Positions 34,411-45,766 of a DNA stretch of 51,888 nucleotides are shown here, piece by piece. Within the stretch, counting starts at the first letter, position 1. Each line of letters opens with the position of its first letter. Below the pieces are notes generated by a model. It saw only the letters and a program-made list of their open reading frames with translations, did no database searches and was not told where the DNA came from. This DNA is from Octopus bimaculoides (Eukaryota). The position numbers and the translations under genes were made by a program. Location of the stretch: assembly GCF_001194135.2 (NCBI RefSeq), contig NC_068983.1:105996340-106048227 (forward strand). Reading direction: 5' to 3'.

Positions 34411-36523
34411 ATAGAAAAATATACAAAGGAAGTTAAAAATAGATATGCAGGCATAACAAATGTAGAAACTCAGTGAGGAAACCTTATAGAGTGCGTAAAC
34501 TGCAGCATAGAACACAGTACCACGGTTGGAATAAAGTAACAAACATGAAATGAATAACAAATGAGATTAAATCCCGAACGAGAAAGAAGAATGATTCCAT
34601 TTAAAGTTAAAGTTACTATTCTAACTTTTATAGGTCAAGGCTATATTTATTTATAATTTTTAGTTTCCGTGCAATTATACAGTTGGTTTTATTGCATTTC
34701 ATCCGAATGTTTGTGCTATTTATAAATTTCTCGAGAAGAGACGAAAAACAAATTAAAATAAGTTTCATACAGAATTAGCTTTATTGAAAGAGAAAATAAC
34801 AACTGTTCAAGCTCAAATATGACCCCCAAGGGTCATATATATTTCGTAAGTTTATTGATACTGTTTATTTGTTGATTTTTACTTAATTTTTATTCCACCA
34901 ACGCTACACAAGATACCAACTTTCGTATATAAAAGTACAATTTCCTCAGCCAAATCATTTTTTCTAGCATGTTCTGTACTAGAAATGAAACGAAGCTTAA
35001 TCATTTGTTTGTCTTTAAGAAGGCTTTGCTAATACAGGCAGTTATTCTCACTCGCAAAACATTTGCCTTCCTTTACGTTCTAATGTCTGCGTCTCTTATG
35101 TTAGACAACTGTTATTGCTGTTTAACTCGCGATCTACAGACCTTATGATCCAAGGCATTCTAACTGTGACCATCAAGTTTTTTTCTTATGTGTAGAAAAC
35201 CCAAGACTACAGTATTGAACATATCTTTTTTAAGACAGCAAAAGAAGGAAATTGAGGGAGATTTAGCTATTTTAACAGATCGAGTAACCAAGTAAAGATT
35301 CCCTACTTCGCATTCAAATTTTTAAAGCTTCCTTATCCCACTCCACAAATCATTGAAAAATCATTCCTGCTTTTATGGAATATCCGGAGACCCATAACAT
35401 TATCAATAACATTCAGTGCACTGGTCCTGAAGATATTTCCGTAGCTTTCACATTGAATAAAGAAAAGTATAAACAAAATAAGATAGATAAATAAAAACTA
35501 AAAAAAAAGGCAGGTTTCTAAAATATATACTTCAAATTCAAATTTTTATTGGTTACAATAACAAAAACATAAACAAAGCTGGAATATTCAAGTGGAGCCC
35601 CCAAATATTTTGAAAGTAGTCATAATAGAAGTAGCGTTTACTATTTTGTCATGATCTGGAACTGGGCGTGACGGAAAGCTATAAATTGTCTATCTCCAAT
35701 ACTGGACTTTGATTTCCAATTCGCATCACATTCTTTATTTTATTTATTTTTTGTTTACTCATATCACAAATATTTGAGCGACTGCAAGCAAGTACAGTTG
35801 TTTCATATCAGTTTGTGTACCTTGACCTAATTATATTGCAGTTATAACACTACCGTTAAATATTTCAAAACAGCCAAATATTTAATGTGAATAGTGCTAA
35901 ATGGGAAAAATATATCTTAAAATGAAATATTTTCATAGTTTAAGGGGGAAAACGGATTAAAAACTATCAATCTATTTCGGGGTTTTGTTTTGTTTCTAAC
36001 CACGCAATGTGTGATGGGGAGTATTATACTGCATGCGTCCGTGTGTTTGAGTGTGTACGTGTACCAACGTACAGATTTATATATGTCGGAGAATTAAGTA
36101 CTGGGCATGCAATTGTAGATGTGTCTATATGCACAACATTGAAATTGTGTATTAAAACAAGGAGACTCTTTCCCTGGTTGTAGTTCCACTAATTACTTTT
36201 TTTGTTAATCCGTTAAAGGGTTTATCAAATGCTTTCTCAATGATTTCTCTTCATCTATCTTATTCTTCGTATTTGTGTCTGGTATTCATCTGTATTTAAA
36301 TAGATGTACATATTGTAAGTGTAATTGCATTGAGATGGTGTTGTTTGTGGTTGTAAATGTCCATGAATATGCGTGTGCAAATGCATTTGTGCGTTGTGTA
36401 TTAGTTTGTTTAACGAAAACCAAAACTAACCAAAAAATGCACACACATATGGACACTCACGGTCATAAATACACAGAACCAGAAGCCCAATTACAATTAC
36501 ACGTTTACAAACATACTAAAATA

Positions 36524-37721
36524 TTGGGTCGTCAAGTATGAAATTTGTAGAAACGAAAATAAAGTTTGCTATTGTTTTATAAATACAATGAATAGTTTCA
36601 GTGATAGCTTGTCCAGCCCCGAACTGTAAAAGCCTGGCAACCTAAAGTCAATAAAATCTTGGAAGGCCTGTTTTATAGCATCGTCGGAATTAAACTTTTT
36701 TCCTATAAAAAATTTATCCAAATTTTGGAAGAAGTGGTACTCAGTGGGGACAAGATCAGGTGAGTATGGTGGATGATGGAGAACTTCCAACTCCAACTCC
36801 TGTTGTTTCACCAATGTCATTTTTGCAATGTGTGGTCTGGCATTGTCTTGCAATTAAACAGGATTGGATCTGTTGACTAATCTAGACTGTTTTTTGTAAG
36901 TGTCTGCATCATTTGGCCCAGTTGGCTGCAGTATACTTCGGCCATGATTGATGAGCCATGTTTAATGAAATCATAATGGATCAAATCTGCGCCAGACCAC
37001 CAAACACACACCATCAGCTTCTTTTGATGAATTTTGCTTATTGGACTGTGTTTTGGTGGCTCATCTTTGTCCAACCATTGTGCTGAACGTTTACGGTTGT
37101 GGTATTGGATCAATTTCTCATCACATTACAATTTGATTCTAAAATGATTCATTTTTGTGACGAGAAAGTAGCATAATGCAGGCTTCCAAACGTTGCTGTT
37201 TCTAATTTTCATTGAGTTCATGTGGAACCCACTTATCTAACTTTTTTACTTTACCGATTTCAACTAGGTGAGTCAATATTGTTTGCTTGCTAACACCAAA
37301 TAACAACGATAATTCATGGGAACTTTGAGATGGATCTGACTCGACAGTGGCTTTCTATTCGTCATTTTCCACCTTTGTTTCTGGTCGACCAAAGTTACCA
37401 GAACGAAATATTGCAAACCAATTTGATACTGTCTGCTGTGTAATAACGTTATAATGAAATACTCCATTAATATTCCGAGCTGTCTGTGAGGCTGTATTTC
37501 CATGAAAGAACTCATATTTCAAAACTGTATGAATTTCCGACTTATCCATCTCTAAACAAAAATATCAAAAATCGATTTATAAATACTTTATAAAGCGCAA
37601 AATGACTTTGAATAAAGAAATAGATGTGTCAGCTTTCTAACAAACAATAAAGATTGTCAAAATGTGCAGCTGTCAAAGTTAACCATATACCTTACTACAA
37701 ATTTCATACTTGACGACCTAA
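36524..37721 (-). mobile_element. Near-full-length mariner transposon (1198 bp), inactive
   Basis: 27-bp TIRs TTGGGTCGTCAAGTATGAAATTTGTAG / CTACAAATTTCATACTTGACGACCTAA (1 mismatch). TA TSD at 36522-36523 and 37722-37723. Confidence 0.95.
36569..37549 (-). pseudogene. Mariner transposase pseudogene (Hsmar1/cecropia-like motifs)
   Basis: Fragments MDKSEIHTVLKYEF..TVSNWFAIFRSG; CDEKLIQYHNRKRSAQWLDKDEPPKH..HQKKLMVCVWWS; QDNARPH..LHHPPYSPDLVPTEYHFF. Several frameshifts and stops; the C-terminal RW.KC motif is lost. Confidence 0.93.
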
Positions 37722-38423
37722 TAAATGTAAATACCAGACAGAGAAAGGAAGAAGAAACAGTTGCGGAAAAAACATCTAAAAGGCTACGGTTGTATGGTGG
37801 AAAACTTTCATAAACTGATTATTGAAAAAGCGAACTAAAACCACTTCCTGATTTTAGTTCTCTTTCTCTGTGTGCATCTTTATATATATAACAAAGTTGA
37901 ACGTTAACACCTATGTTTTCATTTTTAGCTTCCTTTTCGGAGGATGGTTCGCCTGTTACAAGTACGAAAGTTAGCATGGACTATCATCGATGGCCCCGTT
38001 ATTTTATTTAATCAATCCTATTAAGATAAATCTGACCTCGATGAGACTTGAACCGAGAGTATAAAGGACCGTTACTAAATATCGCAAGGCATTTTTCCTG
38101 TGAGATTGAGGCAGTTGTAGTGAAGCAGATGATGTGTCGTATTGTGGGTATGATACAAGTATAGTATAGTAGGAGTGAGGCTTTAGGAGTAGAGTACTTT
38201 AGGACACTGTAACATCCACAGAATATTTAGCACCTAATCTGGTGAGTTAAGTGAACTGAAGTTTGTTGAATCCAGCGTGTCTCCAAAATACACAAGGAAA
38301 CGACTACAGTAAAATTCAACTCAATATTTATGAACTGTTACGACCATTTGGCAGAAGCGTAAGAGTGCTGGATGACAGGCTTTATATAATTGTTCCCCGT
38401 TCTCATAGAGTCGGAATATTTAA

Positions 38424-38714
38424 CCCATTACCTACCAGTGATCTCATATGAGATCACTTAAAAATTACAAATTTCGTAATTATCTGTCAATATTTACACA
38501 TATCTAACCTTTTTGCTATATCTACTAGGTATATTTCTCTGATATTCAAATGAAGTTTGCTAATTTTTCAACCAATATCTCGCTTATTTCTATTTAAAAT
38601 GTTATTTTGAAATGTTATTTTGATCATTCCAGCGTGTTTCTAAGGCTGTTTTATGCTAGAAATCAAAGTTTCATAAAAAAATTTCCAGTTAATAGAATTA
38701 TGGGAGGTAATGGG
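38424..38714. mobile_element. piggyBac-type MITE (291 bp)
   Basis: TTAA on both sides (38420-38423, 38715-38718). TIR CCCATTACCT / AGGTAATGGG. Confidence 0.75.
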
Positions 38715-39225
38715 TTAATGTGAAATATGTGTTCAGTGAATATTATTGCATCGATATTTAGTTGGAAATTAGTGAGCTTTCGCTTCAAATTACCACGCTC
38801 TCCCAATTCAGTTCACTACTAACTCAGCATTTTTAGAGCTCACAATCGTTTCAGGTGTGTACCACCCCTTTAGACAGTTACATAAATAGAAACCCAGGGG
38901 TCAATATTGACTATATTGCTGAATCCTGTTCTCGACAAAGAGAAATCCAACTGTTCAACAATAAGTAAAACAGGAAGAAGACTACAAGGAGAAGGAAGCC
39001 CTTTTATCTTCGGTTACTGTCTACTGAACTCTAACCTACCTTTCATCGTTATGAAGCAACGAACTAACCATTTCTGTGGATCTCCTTCCTTGAATCATTG
39101 CGTGAAAGAATGACACAATAATTTATCAGATATGACTCATGAAAGGCGTGAAGCCAATTTTGTGAAGGCTGGTAATTACAGCAGCTATAATCCACCCAGT
39201 GTGTGTGTGTGTTATTGTTAGTTTT

Positions 39226-39460
39226 GGAATCTCTCATCACTTCAACGAATGAGGATTTAGCAGGACCAGCCTGCATGGTGTTCTAAGTCTGATGTTTTGC
39301 CGTGTCGCCTCATGTGGGAGTAGGAACCTATCCGGGATTTGCAGATCCTGTTGCAGAAGTGGTCTCCATCATTTGGGGATAGATTAGACCTAGCTCTACG
39401 CTGAAATCTTTTTTCCTTCAGAGTGTTCATCCTGGCTGCTTCTAAGTTGGTAACGACTTG
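39226..39460 (-). mobile_element. RTE-clade LINE 3' end with C-terminal zinc-finger-like motif
   Basis: Minus strand, one frame: VVTNLEAARMNTLKEKRFQRRARSNLSPNDGDHFCNRICKSRIGSYSHMRRHG, matching the RTE-1 tail E..R...L.EKR..R...C.R.C.SRIGL.SH.R.H. 5'-truncated at (TA)n 39470-39497. Confidence 0.75.
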
Positions 39461-39464
39461 GTAG

Positions 39465-39503
<39 letters not shown>

Positions 39504-39719
39504 GTAACAGAGGAGTATGAAAACTACAATCGAATGTAGCTGAAATCTTTCTCACATCAGTGAAGAAAACGCAACTAAGTTTACTCGCAACAGTTTGTCC
39601 CAAATTTAACGACTTAGAGCGGATGTAAAACTATGAGGAGCACTGTTAAGGACTAGAGCCCAGACAAAGGTGGCATAATTTTGCGACAATAAAGTAAAAT
39701 GATTTTAGTCTTATGAAAG

Positions 39720-40100
39720 TGAGGCTCAAGTAGTGAAATGTAGTGAGACTGGTGAAGGATTAGTGTAATGTATGTCGGAGGGAGGGTTTATATTGTGGGA
39801 CTGTGAGTAACGATGGAGTAATGTTCTGAGATTATCTGTAGAGCAACGTTGTGCAACTTTTAAGTGGAGTAGTTTTGTAGGAGTGAAGGTGGAATAAATA
39901 TTGGGGGACTGAAGGTGGAATAATGCCGTAGAGCTGAGAGTGGAGTAATGTGGTGGAACTGGCGATGGAGTTAATGTTTGTGGGACTAAGCTGGAGTAAT
40001 GTTGTGGAGCTAAGCTTAGGTAATAAATGTTGTGGGACTGAGGGTAATATCGTGGGGCGGAGTGTGAAGTAGTGTTGTGGGACTAAAATCAAGAGTAATT
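39720..40100. repeat. Degenerate ~24-bp minisatellite (GGAGTAATGTTGTGGGACTGAGGT-like unit)
   Basis: Motif recurs more than 10 times. The minus-strand ORF 39832-40092 shows the matching ~8-aa periodicity (PQHLL..SSTTLL). Confidence 0.75.
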
Positions 40101-40917
40101 TCCAGAACGAGGGTATTATAATTTGCCATCGAAAAAACGAAAAAAAGGAAAGTGAGGCTACTGGTGTTTGAGATATGAAGAATAAACTGCTGTTAAAATA
40201 ACAATGTGCAAGACGGTGGAATCAGTTGCCTTCTCTAACTTACAATGTCTTTCTATTCTAACAGAAAGATAAACAAACAAGTGACATCTCCAATTTTACA
40301 TTAATCTAGCCGAACTAACGTTAAAAGAAAGTCTGGAGTAACTAACAGATGTTATTGCAGAGAATGTCGTACAGATGAATCCAAATGGTTAGTCTTCGGT
40401 GATGCGACCGTGTTGATGATAATAGTTGTGTGAGGTTGTGACCCTAAGCAGAGGTGCAGTAAATTTGAATGTCACCCTGAAGACAGATTATTGTAAATGT
40501 TATGATAAGACATAGGGGGTGCTGTTATGAAGCAAAACTTTGTTAAGTTCTGAAGTAGGGTAATGAAAGAGTGAGAGAGTGAGAGGGAAAGACTTTCTTT
40601 CATATGTAAATACCAGTGAAAAGGCGTCTGCCCACCAACACCCAGCACCTTTACCTTCTCGAGTATAAACAACAGCAGGCAAGGCAACACTTCCCTGATC
40701 TCAGCGTCATCATATATACACAACACAGATGCGTCGCCACACGTAGGATGAGAGAGAGACAGAAGACAGACAGACAGAGAGGGGGAGGAGACAAACTGGG
40801 CGCTGGTGGGGATGTGAAGTTTATAAACTAACACCCATCATTTCCATACTTTTCATATACAACTGTAATAACATAAACCTTAACCTGATTCAAAAAGAAA
40901 AATAATAAAATACAACA

Positions 40918-42425
40918 ATGAAAGACTTAAAATTAAATTCGCAAAGAAGAAAAGAAACAACGAACAAAACATTAAGCAGAGACAAGAAATTGCTAAATAT
41001 TTGTTTAGAGTATAACTTAATACACGCAATCAATACAGCAATGTTAATGTTGATTTCAAAAATCAAAGCAGAATGGCGATCTTGGACTTACGATAAGGTG
41101 TAATATATACGTCTTCAGTCAATTAATATAAGAATGAGAATTAAATTCACCTCAAATCGAGGCTAGTAAACGGTTATATTGTGCGGATCGTAGTCTATGG
41201 GGTTGGAACTTGGATAATGTACAGAGTAATGGAAAGGAAGATAGATGTCTTTGAGATGTGGGTCTTTCGTAGATTGGATAGAATAAGCTGGAAAGTCAAG
41301 ATAACAAATGCTGCAATATTAGAAAAGCTGGATCTATTTTAAAACGGGGGCACCAGTTTTCATTTATGTTTTATGTAGTGTTTTTGGTACCGAAAGACTT
41401 TCAAACTTCATATACTTATCTATTTCGTGTTATAGAACAGAAAAAAATTTTTGTATTCGAATTTATTTCATGTAAAAAATTGTCTTATTTCGATAATTTC
41501 TACTAATCACTGACGTCTATTCAGTTGAAAACAGTTAGCGCTGTAACGGTGTATATCGTATTAATCCCCTAACCCTAACCCTAACCCTAACTAGACTGTT
41601 AACCGTAACCCTAAAACTAACCCTAACTCGAGAATCCGAACTCTAAAATTGTTACACACATAGATACGCACAGCGTAATTTATTATATAAACAATATATG
41701 CGTATAAATTACGATTAAACCGGATGAAATATGTCACAGGGAATAACATTTTTATGACCGCCCAGCAGTAACTCTATTCAGCTGAATAGACGTCAGTGAT
41801 TGGTTGAAATTACAGAAATACGACAACTTTAACATGGAATAACTTGCGAATTCCTTTTTTTTTTTTNNNNNNNNNNNNNNNNNNNNNNNNNNNNNNNNNN
41901 NNNNNNNNNNNNNNNNNNNNNNNNNNNNNNNNNNNNNNNNNNNNNNNNNNNNNNNNNNNNNNNNNNNNNNNNNNNNNNNNNNNNNNNNNNNNNNNNNNNN
42001 NNNNTTTTTTTTGTTAAGAAGATTAAGAGTAAAAGATGTTTTATATGACACATTCTACCAGTGTCCCAAGTTTCAAAGTGTTTCGTTAGTGTTTCGTTAA
42101 GAAAATACTGGTGCCCCCGTTTTAAAATAGATCCGAAAAGCTGAATGTCCAAATAGACCTTACTATCGAGAACGAAGCCCACAAAGCTATTATAGTCATA
42201 TTTGGTGCATACGATGCACCACGAGCCACTACCCAAAACCATCTTGCCGGAAGTGTGGAGGGGAAAAGAGCAAGACGCCGTCAAAGATGGGTGAACTGAT
42301 GACATCAAAGAATGGAGTGGAAACAAGAGCCTGGCTGTTTTTATGCATGTAACGTTACACAGAAGGAACTAGAGACGTTTGACAAGCCGACTCCTGGACA
42401 CATGGAGGGCACCTAGCTGATGATA
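40918..42425 (+). mobile_element. RTE-clade LINE 3' remnant interrupted by MITE copy 4
   Basis: VYGVGTWIMYRVMERKIDVFEMWVFRRLDRISWKVKITNAAILEKL before the MITE; LAGSVEGKRAR and DDIKEWSG after it. These are RTE motifs LYG.ETW..KIDAFEMW..RR...ISW..K.TN. The 5' boundary is uncertain. Confidence 0.85.
41330..42134 (+). mobile_element. MITE family 1, copy 4 (divergent subfamily; includes gap 41867-42004)
   Basis: TIRs GGATCTATTTTAAAACGGGGGCACCAGT / ACTGGTGCCCCCGTTTTAAAATAGATCC. Perfect TSD GAAAAGCT at 41322-41329 and 42135-42142. Confidence 0.93.
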
Positions 42426-42890
42426 AGACAGTTTTATCCGGAGGTGACAATAATTCGTTGCAGTATTATGGTCATCTTCAGCATGTACAAGATTTAGTTC
42501 CAGCCAACGAGAGATCCTCTATGCGGTCATTCGACTTGCTAGAAATATTAGTAATTTAAGGGAGATCAGCCCTTAAATTACACTCTACTGTCACGGAAAG
42601 ATAAGAGCATATTGGGGCAGGTTAACATGCGGTTTACAGTCGTAAAAAAAAAAAACAGTAAAAGTAAGTTACAACAGAAATCAGAAGTGACGACAGTGAG
42701 GTGCCGAAATTTCATGAAAAGAAGGTAAAAAAACTTCCTTGTAATGCCACGTCCACAGGCACCTACATGCATAGTACCTTCTAGTGATATGCTACGTATT
42801 TCAGAAGTAGTAGAAGAACATCGTTCCATTATAGTATACTCAGCGAAAGAACACCACTGAAAAGTGTGACTGTTTTCATTTTATATATAA

Positions 42891-44342
42891 CTAGCAGAAA
42901 TACCCGGCTTTGCCCGGGTTAAAGAGAATAATGAAATCTAAAAACGCCGTCTAGACTACGCAACCCTCAACTGTTAGTAGCTACGATACCATATTTCTAC
43001 ATTAATACCTCTCCAATCCATGCCAGCATGGAACATAGACATTAAGTGGAATGCCAGTCTCTCATCTGGGAAGGCCTTGAAATCAATGTTACCAACTGGG
43101 GACTATGTGTCACAGTGATAATAAAAAAACTCAAAGGTCTGCAACGAAATAATTTTACTCAACACTTTGCAAGTGAATCAGTGGAGGCAAAGATGCGTCT
43201 CATTTACTTGACAATTTATGCACCACATTGCAGAAATCACAATGTAAGTATATCTGAAAGGGTAGTCTTACACTGTTGTACCGTTGAATTACAANNNNNN
43301 NNNNNNNNNNNNNNNNNNNNNNNNNNNNNNNNNNNNNNNNNNNNNNNNNNNNNNNNNNNNNNNNNNNNNNNNNNNNNNNNNNNNNNNNNNNNNNNNNNNN
43401 NNNNNNNNNNNNNNNNNNNNNNNNNNNNNNNNNNNNNNNNNNNNNNNNNNNNNNNNNNNNNNNNNNNNNNNNNNNNNNNNNNNNNNNNNNNNNNNNNNNN
43501 NNNNNNNNNNNNNNNNNNNNNNNNNNNNNNNNNNNNNNNNNNNNNNNNNNNNNNNNNNNNNNNNNNNNNNNNNNNNNNNNNNNNNNNNNNNNNNNNNNNN
43601 NNNNNNNNNNNNNNNNNNNNNNNNNNNNNNNNNNNNNNNNNNNNNNNNNNNNNNNNNNNNNNNNNNNNNNNNNNNNNNNNNNNNNNNNNNNNNNNNNNNN
43701 NNNNNNNNNNNNNNNNNNNNNNNNNNNNNNNNNNNNNNNNNNNNNNNNNNNNNNNNNNNNNNNNNNNNNNNNNNNNNNNNNNNNNNNNNNNNNNNNNNNN
43801 NNNNNNNNNNNNNNNNNNNNNNNNNNNNNNNNNNNNNNNNNNNNNNNNNNNNNNNNNNNNNNNNNNNNNNNNNNNNNNNNNNNNNNNNNNNNNNNNNNNN
43901 NNNNNNNNNNNNNNNNNNNNNNNNNNNNNNNNNNNNNNNNNNNNNNNNNNNNNNNNNNNNNNNNNNNNNNNNNNNNNNNNNNNNNNTGTCTCTCTCTTTC
44001 TCTCTTTCTCTCTCTGTGAAAGTATCTGTCATTACAGTATCGAAATGTGATTGTTTCAGTTAGTGGAATAGTTTCATTTTTAAAGTGAAAGTATTTGACA
44101 TGAGTGTTTTTGTTTCACTTTTGACACGTAATACTTAAATAGTGGAGGAGATATTATATTGCCGTGGGCTCGAACTCTGCAAGAAGTTAAAAAAATTTTT
44201 TTTGACAAAACACAACTGGAACCCTAAGTAAGGCATGTGTAAAATTTGAATGAAATTGGTTGCGTAGTTCTCGAGTTTTAGGGATTCACACAGACAGACA
44301 GACAGACAGACAGACACACATTCTCATTTATATATATATAGA
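42891..44342 (-). mobile_element. Non-autonomous Helitron (contains gap 43295-43986)
   Basis: Minus strand begins A|TCTATATATATAAATGAGAATGTGTGTCTGTCTG at 44342 and ends with GC-rich hairpin ACCCGGGCAAAGCCGGGT (42902-42919) then CTAG|T at 42891. This gives canonical TC...hairpin-CTRR termini in an A|T site with no TSD. (GACA)n near the 5' end. Confidence 0.8.
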
Positions 44343-44662
44343 TAATATATGTACATTATATACATTGGTTATTTCACATAAATTGTTGACCTGAAATTAT
44401 AGGATGTTACTGACGTCATTTCTAGTTTCTATTGTAACGTTACTTCCATTATTTTTAGAACGATTTACTTTCACTTTTTAACGACCGTAAACTGCATATT
44501 AACTTTGGGATAATGATGTCCTTGAATGCCTGAGATAAAGATGGAATAGTCATAACGAAAACTTCTTTGATCAAAGATCTAATTAGTTAGAGCTGACCTG
44601 AGGCAAAAAAAACCCAAAAACTAAAGAAAAAAAAAACAAAAATAAGAACAGTTAGATTCCTT

Positions 44663-45517
44663 GGATCTTTGTGGTTTTCGTCACTGTTTACAATTATCTT
44701 TAAAAATTATTTTATATGTATCATATAGATGTAACTTTTGAAGCTGAATCCGAATTTGTTATTCAGTTATTCCATAAAAATTTTGCAAAAATGTTACTGG
44801 TGTTCAGAGTTTGATAATTTTCAGAATTTTCAGCCAATCAGAAAGCAGCACGTTCGTTGCCTCTTCCATCATCAGGGGTGGGGGGATCGGTATGTCAAAG
44901 CATTAAACTAGCTACGCGAGCATATTAAATATTTAAAAGCTACGAACAAACCAGCCGGAGTTGCTAGAAATAACAATCAAAATATTGTTTAAAACAGACA
45001 TTTATTAGTTTAAAAAATTCAAGAACGAAAGTTTGCAATACGCTCTAGGATTTTATAAAATAAATTATCTTTCTCGTATCGCCTTCTCCACAAAAATTCA
45101 CAAACATAAGAGTCAACCATGCCCAGATACTTTCAATTTGTTGAGTGAGTCCCATCTGTTATGAAAACAAACGATTATAGAACAAGTGGTGGTTACACAC
45201 CTTGTGCGCATGCGCAAAATCTTTGGCTACTATAGAAACAGAGTTCTTCGCAATCAGCTATGGAACAAGTGGTGCTTCTTTGCTTTTGTTACTATAGAAA
45301 CAGACTTCTTCACCGCGGTGATGTGTAAAATACTCGCTTGTGATTAGTTAAAATACCCAAATTTTGCAAATTTTAAAGGCTAATAACTTTTAAATTATGG
45401 ATTTACAGGGAAAATTAACTTCATTTTCATAATTAGTATACAAAACTTAATCCATTTGCCAAATTTGAAAACAATTGGAACAAAATTGTAAACAGTGACG
45501 AAAACCCACAAAGATCC
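44663..45517. mobile_element. MITE family 2 (855 bp, GGATC termini; Merlin-like)
   Basis: ~33-bp TIRs GGATCTTTGTGGTTTTCGTCACTGTTTACAATT / AATTGTAAACAGTGACGAAAACCCACAAAGATCC (1 indel). Flanks GATTCCTT / GAGTCGTT are a 6/8 degenerate 8-bp TSD. Confidence 0.8.
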
Positions 45518-45766
45518 GAGTCGTTAAGTTTGTTTTTATTTGTTTTGTAGTTTATATTTATGCATAGAAATTTGGAGACAAGGGGGTTATAATGTTTATC
45601 TTTGATCCTAACTTCTTCCCAAAGTTAGAGTTAAGGCAATAAGCAGGAATGTTGCAACGAAGACTCGAAAACTAGGCCATGAGCTAGATTTGCCGAAAAT
45701 TTGTAGCCCACCAATATTGGTACTAATAATTATAATAATTTACTCATAATTGGGTAAAAACAAAAT

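Noticed and set aside
36735-36760. Mariner third catalytic residue reading E (SPDLVPTEY), suggesting a D34E variant
   Set aside because: One substitution in a multiply disrupted copy explains it. It cannot be called without a family consensus.
39720-40100. CRISPR-like array interpretation of periodic regions (also 28495-28680)
   Set aside because: Units are contiguous and degenerate with no unique spacers, there are no cas genes, and the context is eukaryotic.
43046-44063. Long ORFs at 23616-24140, 27299-27658, 41752-42326, 43046-44063, 48894-49891 and 50639-51075
   Set aside because: Their length comes from N runs translated as X; they are not real reading frames.
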